Part shown: positions 28,701-35,296 of the stretch, in pieces | Numbering within the stretch: the first letter of the stretch is position 1 | How the letters are laid out: each line of letters begins with the position of its first letter | DNA from: Verrucomicrobiota bacterium | GTDB taxonomy: Bacteria > Verrucomicrobiota > Verrucomicrobiia > Limisphaerales > JAXMHQ01 | Assembly: GCA_046346665.1 (NCBI GenBank) | Contig: JAXMHQ010000011.1 | Coordinates: 55,147-119,146 of the forward strand | Direction: 5' to 3' | DNA: 64,000 bases | Notes under the pieces: model-generated | What the model saw: the letters and a program-made list of their open reading frames with translations, nothing else | The model's database searches: none | Told to the model about the DNA's origin: nothing | Made by a program: the position numbers and the translations under genes

Positions 28701-30108
28701 CAAGCGCCCGGCCTGGATCATGCCGCCCGTTGGCGGCCTGGTCACGACACCGGGATTGCCCTCGGCCGGTCCGCTGTTTGGCGACACAGGTGTTGATACC
28801 AACGGCGTGCCGCTGGCGGGCGACCAGGGGATCGACCTGGCACAGGGCGCATTCGATTATTACGCCATCGTGGTTCCCGCCAACAACACCGCCGTGCTTC
28901 GAACCCGGCTGGACGCCATCAGCGGCAATCCAAATCTTTTCATCCGCGTCGGCGCCCCGTCCACGCTCAGCCACTATTTGAATGGCAGCTCTGGCGCGAC
29001 GTTGTATGATCGGTCGCTAAACGCCAGCGGGGGCAGCGAGTATGGCAATTGGGTTCCGCTCAACGGCCGGTTTGAGGTCGCCCTCACCAGCGGCACCTGG
29101 TACGTGGCGGTGCAGGCGGGCGGCAATTCAAACGTCCGCTACCGGTTGCGGTTCGACACCGGCACGATCAAACCCCTCGCGTTGAACGGCGGCAGTTACT
29201 CCGCCCAGACGCTGGTGGCCGGCGACTTCGCCTATTATGCCGTTCAGATTCCCTCCAATGCGCCGCTTTCCTGGAACATTACCTACAGCGTCCAGTTCGG
29301 CAACATGGTGGTGTCCATCCGCGACCGCGTCCCGCCGGGCCAGGCCACGACGACCTCCGACTTCCGCGACTGGAGCTCCGGCCTGGACAGCAAGAACGCG
29401 GGGCCGTATCCGTCCTACAGTCTGCCCGGCACCTACACGGTCCATTCCCCGCCGCTGCGCCCGGGCAACACATATTATCTCGGGTTCCGCGCGCTGATCG
29501 ACTCGACATTCGCGCTGAGCTGCAACACGAATGTTGGCACGATCGATTTCACCAACGTCATCCCGTTCTATCACGGGTTCGCTTCCAGCAACCTGCCGGC
29601 GTTTGGATCGGTGAAATACCGTGTGGATGTTCCGCCGGACGCGGTGCGATGGATTCATTTCTGCACCAATGCGTCGTCGGTGTGGCTCTACCTGGAGCAG
29701 GGAACGGTGCCGACGCTGACGACATCGGATCACTGGTACGCCCAATACGCGAACAACTCGCTGAACCTCTTTCTCCAGACGCCGGGTTTCTGGCCGTGGC
29801 AGCCGGGGTATTCGTATTACCTGGTGGCGACCAACACCAGCGGCGCCGTCCAGCCGTTCACTCTCGTGTTGAACGGGGAAGGCCCGGGATCGGGACCGTT
29901 CGGATTCACGAACTCGGTCTACCTCGGCGGCGGGAGTGTCCAGCTCGGAATCTACCTGGTTCCAGGCCTGACTTACGCACTTCAGACCTCGACCAACCTG
30001 GTGAACTGGACCGTGGTGAACACGCTGACTCCCGTGACGAACCTGCTGTATTACACCGACACCCAACCCGTACAGCCCGCGCGGTTCTACCGGCTGCTGG
30101 AACAGTAG
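22705..30108 (+). CDS. Giant secreted protein (2467 aa) built of ~20 PPC-like (pre-peptidase C-terminal/collagenase-type) beta-sandwich domains, with a C-terminal FYRL domain
   Basis: Signal peptide MKRAVAFLGLGILSGLVSGGMAQ. The recurring pattern x-Y-[YF]-x-[FIV]-x-V-P ... W-x-[LV]-x-L ... [LV]-x-[VLM]-x-[RK] appears about every 120-130 aa. No catalytic motifs seen. Confidence 0.8.
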   Translation: MKRAVAFLGLGILSGLVSGGMAQTFVGSNVPGQGTNYTFTIGAGATNLSLVISNNATAYSYLLLSKGGVPTDAAYDYGSRLAGVTNRINLELPEFSTGSYGLRVSTPAGSLAQSFTVVLTTNRSDLRTAANPVSKPLVFSTTGSLTNTGSGAWHYFQVDVGSNLVTGWRIVLSSTNATTPGLYVRRGQLPNTGAYDKAVAPGLPVETITFRDYEATNSTYFIGVYQPSGAASVAGYTLSAELASVTTLTWDPGTADAGTQVFTNKSVTGGDYYFAITTQTTADQVWRTALTVVSNEADVYLALGTLPTTGSYGYASTRVGSDGFVLSQTHQWTPGQTWYLMVHAAPGAQWRLVTGEAYVQPLPALAADASSGATAAIGPEGMRFFKTTITTNTLAWRLGLNGLGNQLYVKQSAAPHPYSTSTYDLTQPGQMLVVPTYLNVGSQYFVGVSGNPGQAFTLDSRQQAVTNLNFNATTNFTVTGYGYTTFLVQVPVQQIAWQVNVTPISGNASVAVRRDNVPNEFVNDAFSEPPAGTGASLTLVPPTLSNGSFYVTVYGTGPYTVSLFNGQPVITTVDYVFNITNDAPSRVGWRYYTVINTAEQLSTLGWGLDLSNQVPGTMIAIRRNAVPGQWNYRNNPYDYYGSSTSGYMDLSGTLGFLQQPNHQADVWYIGVYTPAAALGNFVLTGSQLTGPPVGFDGSGSAMSVTNQPSGKFQYFTFTVPSGALGWDVRLTNVTAGQPALVVCRDQLPYDLGTHTSQGYAWYPYTTTTWLSGNQWGAAYDWTSYYYSPTNGIRYGQMLEMGMGNPLQPGTYYVGVFNYGSSGPMSYTLWSRGIGSGMSIPVNTLTFSNGVVSSPGLPAGEAAYYSIVVPTNLPSWRLELNTNSGESLLMLQKDYLPSVSAGGGAPYNVSGGRKLQKSGNEQYLLMPAYNQSNIVAGTYYLAVAAEGQNPYNSTIGSNSSSFTLHSYGVQGVTNLGAVDPTGVTEILVTNSSEAGQLSTFQFNVPAGTLGFTVSLSNRVGNPMMILRTDSQLTGGYDGYGVDGGQGYSWVNQNMINQIDPPVTNYTLMIQAIASGGDASYVLHIRAMGAQPVTFDGGKYSVTNQLIGTWRFFNITVPPDSFGWDVRLTNVTSGAPVLAICRDLAPYDLGTHTPQGYAWYPYQSTTWPSGNQWGAGYDWTQYYYDPDGTVRYGQMLQMGMGNPLQPGNYIVGVINSGGAAPMSYTLWSRGIGTNQTIPVGSLTFSNGVVSNPALLAGEAAYYSIVVPTNLPSWRLELNTNGGEGVLMLQKDYLPNVSAAGGVPYNVNGGRRIQKSGNEQYLLMPAYNQSNIVAGTYYLAVAAEGRNPYSSYIGSNSTTFTLHSYGVLGVTNVGTVDNTGLTDILVTNSAEAGQLNAYEFVVPPGTLSLTLSLSNRVGSPIMILRTGSQLTGGYDGYGVDGGQSYSWVNQNLINIANPVATNYTIMIQAIASGGDASCVLYLHAQGPQPVGFDGGSYPVVGQSLNTWRYFSVTVPATAFGWDLRLTNITSGSPGLAVCRDLTPSDLGTHTSQGYAWYPQLSTSWPSGNQWGAGYDWTQYYYDPNGAVRYQQTLQMGMGNPLQPGNYIVGVINNGGSAAMSYTLLSRGIGTNLSIPILPLVFTNGAITNSGLLGRDAAYYSIVVPTNLPSWSLELSNGVGESLLMLQKDYLPSVAAAGAAPYTVNGGKRMQKPGNEQYTMLPVSGQSNIAAGTYYIAIASEGMNPYNSYLGTNSSSFVLYSYGVKGVTNFGPVGGVDLLSTNTLRGGQDAFYRFNIPNGAQAVEVRLDNVTGGPYLTLAAGSNLPTPYYNYGYDGGVPYSWYSPTLITLPNPVFTNYSLTLQASANVSSTYLDAQATVHIRQMPVPQLAFDGSLNGGGVSNSASDTVINGQSAFYQVTVPATLNGQPVIGWKLDLIASVGSPSLRVRPGALPDDYNSYYDGTTPWVKPEAIIVPPFLTPGTWYIEVRGSGISTYTLTSSALQLKRPAWIMPPVGGLVTTPGLPSAGPLFGDTGVDTNGVPLAGDQGIDLAQGAFDYYAIVVPANNTAVLRTRLDAISGNPNLFIRVGAPSTLSHYLNGSSGATLYDRSLNASGGSEYGNWVPLNGRFEVALTSGTWYVAVQAGGNSNVRYRLRFDTGTIKPLALNGGSYSAQTLVAGDFAYYAVQIPSNAPLSWNITYSVQFGNMVVSIRDRVPPGQATTTSDFRDWSSGLDSKNAGPYPSYSLPGTYTVHSPPLRPGNTYYLGFRALIDSTFALSCNTNVGTIDFTNVIPFYHGFASSNLPAFGSVKYRVDVPPDAVRWIHFCTNASSVWLYLEQGTVPTLTTSDHWYAQYANNSLNLFLQTPGFWPWQPGYSYYLVATNTSGAVQPFTLVLNGEGPGSGPFGFTNSVYLGGGSVQLGIYLVPGLTYALQTSTNLVNWTVVNTLTPVTNLLYYTDTQPVQPARFYRLLEQ
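24778..28341 (+). repeat. Three tandem ~1.19-kb coding super-repeats (398/396/394 codons) inside the giant gene
   Basis: Units start at 24778 (PVGFDGSGSAMSV), 25972 (PVTFDGGKYSV) and 27160 (PVGFDGGSYPV). The next unit boundary is at 28342 (PVPQLAFDGS). Each unit holds three PPC-like domains. By-eye protein identity is ~70-80% between units 1 and 2 and lower for unit 3. Confidence 0.9.
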
Positions 30109-30201
30109 CAGGAAAACGCGGAGGCAGGGGCGGCGCGTTGCGCCGACCGGGGACACCGCAGCGCGGCGTCCCTGCCAAAGTCACAGTGTCCTGGAAAGGC
30201 C

Positions 30202-33200
30202 TTAGTAACTGAGCCGGTAGAACTGTGCCGCCGTGGCGCCGGGGATGACGGTGTAGGGCGAGGTCGCCGAAGGGACATCCGTGTAAGGCCCCTGGACGCT
30301 GGAGGCGGACTGCAGGGTGCCGAACGACCACGTGATCTGGAGCTGGGTGGCGGACAGCCGCTGCGCGCTGATCGTGACGGGCGGGCTCACGTAACTCAGG
30401 TGATTGCTCGCCGCCGCGCTGTAAATCGACGCGGCTTCCAGCGGCGTCAGCGCTTTTCGCCAGACGCCCAGGTCGTCGATGTCGCCGCTGCCGGTTTCGC
30501 CGTAGCGCCCCGTCGGATCCTGCCCGATCACCGCCGCAAGGCCGGTGTCGATGTTGCCCGCATCCTTCAGGTTGCTGCCCCCCAGCGTCTTCACGTAATG
30601 CGCCGGAACGCCGTCGAGGTAGGTGATCGTCGTGCCCGCCGCGCGATCGAACACGTGCGCCAGGTGATGCCATTGACCGTCGTTGATCGAGGCCAGGTCG
30701 CCGTAGATGCGGAATCCGCCGCCGGCGCCGTAGATGGATTCACCCCAGCCGCCGTAATTTTCCGGGGACGGAAACGGTTGGGGATCGGCGGTGCCGAAGC
30801 CGTAAGCGGGTGCGAAGACGAATCCGCGGTTGCCGGTGGCGCCGGCGGCGTCGGTGAAGAAGGGCAGGTCGCCGCCGAAATAATCCTGCGGCAGGCGGAT
30901 CCAGTAGGCGACGGAGAAATTCACCGTGGAACCGAATTGCAGGTCGGGCCGGACGCCGAGGGTGACGTATTGGGCGTCGGTGGCGATGGAGGTGTTGCCG
31001 CCGGTGTTTTCGGCGGTGGTGGCGTAATGCAACGCCTGGCCGAGCGGACCGGAGACGAAGGTGGCGGCGGCGGTGTTGCTGCTGATCGAGGTGGTGTGAA
31101 TGGCCGTGCCGCCATTGCCGCGGCCCGAGGCGTCGGCCAGCGTGTTGTCAAAGGTGAGGTGGACGACCAGGCCGGGGATGGACGGGGCCGACGCCGGGGG
31201 CGACAGAACCGTGAGGGCTGCGGCGGGGCTGTTGGTGCTGTTGACCGAGTTGCTGACGCGGACGGAGTAGTTCGCGGCATCCCCTGTCGACAGATTGGTC
31301 AACGTCAGGGTTCGCGAAGTGGCCCCGTCGATGTCCACATTGTTTTTTCTCCATTGATACGACAGCGGCTGCGAACCGGACGCGGTCACCTGGAAGGTGG
31401 CCCGCAACCCGGCATAATTCGTCGTCGGGACCGGTGCGACCTGGATGGACGGGGCCATGTTTTCGCCGAATGCGGAGCTGTAATGCGCCTGGACCGTGGC
31501 GGGATCGAGTACGTATCCATACACCGCCACCTCGTCGACCGTCCCGTTGAACGTGTCGTCATAGGGCGTGCTGGAGCCCGAGCGCTTGGACCCGATGCTG
31601 ATCGGGGTGGTGGTGGTGATCAGGCCGTAGGGGCGGATGGGAGCCGTGCCCTGGAGTTCGCCGTTCACGTAAATATACAACACGAACCCGCCGCTCAGCA
31701 GGTCGTCGGAATCGTAGACGCCCACCACGTGTTGCCAGGCGCCGTTCGGGCCTTCGGTGGCCGACGCGGCGTAAACGGTGGAATCGCCTGAGGTGAAGAA
31801 GCGGTAGACGCCCTCGGCGACGTCGAGGCCGAATTGTTCGGTGCGGTTGGAGCCATTGGGACCGTTGCCCTTGGCGATGATGGTGGCTTCGTGGGCCTGT
31901 CCGGCGGGGGCTTTGACCCAGGCTTCCAGGGCGAAGTTCGTGTCGCCCCAGAAATTGATCCCGGTGCCGCTGATGCCGCCGACGTAGCTGTTGGTGCCGC
32001 TGAAGGCGACGGCGGTGTCGGAGTCCAGGGGAGAATAGCCCGGCAACCCGAGCGTCGTGCTGTTGTAGGTGCCGTTGTTGCCGCCGACGCTGTCCTGCGC
32101 GGCGGTGCCGCTGTGTTCGCCGAGGCGCCAGTAGGCGACGGGGCCGCTCGCCAGAACGGCGTCGCTGTAGGCGGCGGGCAGGCCGCTGACCGTGAGCTGC
32201 GCGGGAGCGGAATTCGTGGTGCCGAACGAATTGCTGACGATGCAGGAATAGGTGCCGGCGTTTGCCACGCTGGCAATCCCACTGTAGGTCGGCGAGGAAC
32301 CCGCCTGTACGACCGTGGATCCGAGTTTCCAGAAATACTTCAGCGGCTGCGATCCGTCGGCGCCGACGGTGAAGCTGAAGGGATAGCCGGTGAACCGGGT
32401 TGCGGGCACGGGCTGGGCGGTGAGGACAGGCTGGGAGGACACCACGTTGAATGCAATGGAGGAAGTTACGGCGCCGTAATTATTGGTGACCACGACCGAG
32501 ACGGTTTTGGCGCCCGCGGTGAGGTTGTTCAGGACGATGTTCGTGGCGGTGGCGCCGATGGCGACGCCGTTGCTGTACCAGGCGTAGCGGAGCGTGGGAT
32601 TGCCCTCGGCCCAGACCGACAGGGCGAGCGAGGAACCGCTGTAGACGGTGCCGGGAGCCTGGGGCGGCTGCGTGATGACCGGCGGCACCTGTGCGGCCGT
32701 GTAAAGACCCGCGATTTCCGCAGGCGAAAGAGCGCGATCGAACACCGCCGGTTCGTCGATGTAACCCGCGAAGAACATGCTCTGCCCGGGAGGCGGATCG
32801 CTGCGCGAACCGATCACCCACCGGTTCGTGACGTCAAACGCGCCGGTGTCGGCGGCGGAAGGCGCCACGGAACCGACCAGCACGCCGTTGCGGTAGAGGT
32901 TCCAGGCGGCGCCGTCAAACGTGCCGGCCAGGAAAACCCAGTTGCCGATGTCGCCCGGCGGGATCGGGAAATAGACCGAGTCATAATAGTTGTTCCCGTC
33001 GTTGACGCCGACTTCGTAATAGTAGCCGGTGCCGTAACCGAGGGTGCCGCCTCCGCGGGAAATGCGCAGGAAGGTCTCGCCTTCATAGCTGCCAAACCCG
33101 TGGCTGATGATGTCGCGGAAGAAATCCTTCTGTGTGGGTTTGACCCAGGCCATCATTGTGATGTTGCCGGTGATGCGCAGGGCCGGCGTGTCGTTGACTT

Positions 33201-34314
33201 GGAAATAACCATTCTCGCCATCGAAAAACACCGACTTGTTGCCGATGCCAAACCCGCCGTAGCCGGTTCCGGGTTGCGCGGCGAGCGTGCCCCATTGGTT
33301 CGTGCCGTTCGCGGCGGCGCCGAGAGTGCCGAGGTTGACGGCGACGGGAAGGGCGGAGGGGCTGGGCGGGGTGGCGGCGGGCTCATCGAGGGTCCAGTAG
33401 CCTGCGGGTCCGTCGGCGATAACCTGGGCGTGGTAACCCGCGTTGTTGGTGCTGACGGCGGCGTAATGGGCGGCGATGGCGGGACCGGAGAGGATTTTCG
33501 GATAGATGGCCAGTTCGTCGACCCAGCCGTCGTAGCCGCGGTTGCCGTTGTTGCTGGAGGAGGAAATGTAAGGGGCGCTGGCGCCGGAGCCGTTGAGCGG
33601 GGTGCCGCCGATGCGGAGGAACGACACGGAATTGCTCATCCAGGCGCCGGGGGTGACGCTGGCGGTGCCGATCAGCGTGGCGTTGGCGTAGAGGTTCATG
33701 TTCGTGCCGTCGAACGTGGCGACGATGTGCTGCCAGACGCCGGGGGCGGCGTTGCCGGTGGAGGCGAAGATGTTGCCGATGGTGCCGGACGTGTTGCCGA
33801 GCCGGAAAGACCAGCGGCCCAGGTAATCGCAGTAAAACAGCCAGCCGGACCTGTTATTCGGATAATTGTTAGGATCGAAATTCGACAGCGGGCAGGTGCC
33901 GGGATCGTTCGGCAGGACCAGCGATCCGAGCGTGTTGGGCCTGGCCCAGAACTCGATCGAGAAAGGCGCGCCTGGGTTGAACGCGGGGTTGAACGGCACG
34001 TCGATCTTCCCGCCGAGATACGTGACGGAGACGTTGTTGCTCGGGTTGGTGAAGCGGGCGCTGTTGCCGACGATGCCGGGCTGGCCCTTGAGCGCGTTGC
34101 CGACGGCGTAGCCTTCGCCCGCGGGGGCGGCCGAGCCGGAGTTGGCGACGGAATTCAGCGGGGGCGACGCCGCGGTGTCGTCGAATCGCCAGTAACCCAG
34201 CGGGCTGAGCGCCTGGACGCTGGACTGGTAATCCGCCCGGCCGGCGAAGGGCAGGGCGAGCAGGGTGGCGGCCGCGAGGAAGGCGGCCCGGAGGCTGGAG
34301 GGGATCGGGTTCAT
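30202..34314 (-). CDS. Secreted 1370-aa protein with multiple LamG/ConA-like lectin domains and Ig-like domains, with a C-terminal FYRL domain
   Basis: Signal peptide MNPIPSSLRAAFLAAATLLALPFAG. LamG pattern W-x-H-[IV]-x-x-x-[FY]-D...L-Y-x-N-G seen at least 4 times (WQHIVATFDGTNMNLYANA, WVFLAGTFDGAAWNLYRNG, WQHVVGVYD...YIYVNG, WHHLAHVFD...TYLDG). Ig-like modules carry QPLKYFWK and QPLSYQWRKNN. Confidence 0.8.
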   Translation of the reverse strand: MNPIPSSLRAAFLAAATLLALPFAGRADYQSSVQALSPLGYWRFDDTAASPPLNSVANSGSAAPAGEGYAVGNALKGQPGIVGNSARFTNPSNNVSVTYLGGKIDVPFNPAFNPGAPFSIEFWARPNTLGSLVLPNDPGTCPLSNFDPNNYPNNRSGWLFYCDYLGRWSFRLGNTSGTIGNIFASTGNAAPGVWQHIVATFDGTNMNLYANATLIGTASVTPGAWMSNSVSFLRIGGTPLNGSGASAPYISSSSNNGNRGYDGWVDELAIYPKILSGPAIAAHYAAVSTNNAGYHAQVIADGPAGYWTLDEPAATPPSPSALPVAVNLGTLGAAANGTNQWGTLAAQPGTGYGGFGIGNKSVFFDGENGYFQVNDTPALRITGNITMMAWVKPTQKDFFRDIISHGFGSYEGETFLRISRGGGTLGYGTGYYYEVGVNDGNNYYDSVYFPIPPGDIGNWVFLAGTFDGAAWNLYRNGVLVGSVAPSAADTGAFDVTNRWVIGSRSDPPPGQSMFFAGYIDEPAVFDRALSPAEIAGLYTAAQVPPVITQPPQAPGTVYSGSSLALSVWAEGNPTLRYAWYSNGVAIGATATNIVLNNLTAGAKTVSVVVTNNYGAVTSSIAFNVVSSQPVLTAQPVPATRFTGYPFSFTVGADGSQPLKYFWKLGSTVVQAGSSPTYSGIASVANAGTYSCIVSNSFGTTNSAPAQLTVSGLPAAYSDAVLASGPVAYWRLGEHSGTAAQDSVGGNNGTYNSTTLGLPGYSPLDSDTAVAFSGTNSYVGGISGTGINFWGDTNFALEAWVKAPAGQAHEATIIAKGNGPNGSNRTEQFGLDVAEGVYRFFTSGDSTVYAASATEGPNGAWQHVVGVYDSDDLLSGGFVLYIYVNGELQGTAPIRPYGLITTTTPISIGSKRSGSSTPYDDTFNGTVDEVAVYGYVLDPATVQAHYSSAFGENMAPSIQVAPVPTTNYAGLRATFQVTASGSQPLSYQWRKNNVDIDGATSRTLTLTNLSTGDAANYSVRVSNSVNSTNSPAAALTVLSPPASAPSIPGLVVHLTFDNTLADASGRGNGGTAIHTTSISSNTAAATFVSGPLGQALHYATTAENTGGNTSIATDAQYVTLGVRPDLQFGSTVNFSVAYWIRLPQDYFGGDLPFFTDAAGATGNRGFVFAPAYGFGTADPQPFPSPENYGGWGESIYGAGGGFRIYGDLASINDGQWHHLAHVFDRAAGTTITYLDGVPAHYVKTLGGSNLKDAGNIDTGLAAVIGQDPTGRYGETGSGDIDDLGVWRKALTPLEAASIYSAAASNHLSYVSPPVTISAQRLSATQLQITWSFGTLQSASSVQGPYTDVPSATSPYTVIPGATAAQFYRLSY

Positions 34315-34368
34315 GTAATGCGTTCCTGACTTCTGATTGGTAAAACGGGTGCTGCGAGTGCGAAAAAT

Positions 34369-35274
34369 CTATTTCGGCCGGACCGAGACATCCTGGAGCC
34401 ATGCGACGTCCTCGTTGCGCGGGACGGGGTAGACGCCAAGCGACAGCTTGGCCTGGTATTTCAGCGCGGGCATCGTGCGGGAATCCAGCCAGTGATGCGT
34501 CTCGGCATGGCCGTCCGCGAAGGAAAATCCGCCCGACTTGTGATGGTAACTTCCGGGGAGGTCCTCGTTGAACTGGTATTGCGCGGGGCTGGCGGGCGAC
34601 TTGTCGGTCGGATAACCCGCCATGATCGTCATGTAATTGCCGGCGTTGATGGTGTCCTCGCGTTCGTCGAGGAACACAAAGGTCTTCGCCAGCCCGGGAG
34701 ATTTGCCGAGGTTCAATTGCGGGAACCTCGTGTAGATCGGGTACTGGCTCGCCCAGCTCCCCACGGCGGCCAGCGTCGCATCGCGCCCGGCAAATCCGCC
34801 CAGGTAGAAATTCATCGCCATGCTCCGCAGCCGCGGTTTGCGCTCTCCGGCCGCGGTGGTGACGTATGAACGGTCCGACGGGCATTTGTAGACCTGCGTG
34901 TCGTGCGCGTAATTCCACAGCGGACGTTTCATGAGGTCGATCGACGGATCCCAGTTCGCCGGGTTCGAGCTGAAGTCGAGCGTGGTCCCGATCCAGGCCG
35001 CGGCATTCAGCGGGTTGGCGGGGTTCTTGTCGATCGTCGACGGGGTGAGGAATTCGTTGTTGTCGTCGGCGTACATCCTCCAGGCCAGGGCGAGCTGGCG
35101 ATGGTTGTTCATGCACTGGATGCCCTGGGCTTTTTGTTTGGCGGACGACAGGGCGGGCAGCAGCAGGCCCGCGAGGATCGCGATGATGGCAATGACGACG
35201 AGCAGTTCAATCAGCGTGAACGCTCCCGGCGGCCGGGTTTTCGTTTGTCGCATTTTCATAGGTTCAAATTTCAT
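34369..35274 (-). CDS. DUF1559 / prepilin-type N-terminal cleavage-methylation domain protein (pseudopilin-like, H-X9-DG type)
   Basis: [27 protein letters not shown]-terminal methylation motif. C-terminal [12 protein letters not shown]. Confidence 0.9.
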   Translation of the reverse strand: MKFEPMKMRQTKTRPPGAFTLIELLVVIAIIAILAGLLLPALSSAKQKAQGIQCMNNHRQLALAWRMYADDNNEFLTPSTIDKNPANPLNAAAWIGTTLDFSSNPANWDPSIDLMKRPLWNYAHDTQVYKCPSDRSYVTTAAGERKPRLRSMAMNFYLGGFAGRDATLAAVGSWASQYPIYTRFPQLNLGKSPGLAKTFVFLDEREDTINAGNYMTIMAGYPTDKSPASPAQYQFNEDLPGSYHHKSGGFSFADGHAETHHWLDSRTMPALKYQAKLSLGVYPVPRNEDVAWLQDVSVRPK

Positions 35275-35296
35275 GGAAATATTTTCGCCATTTAAA

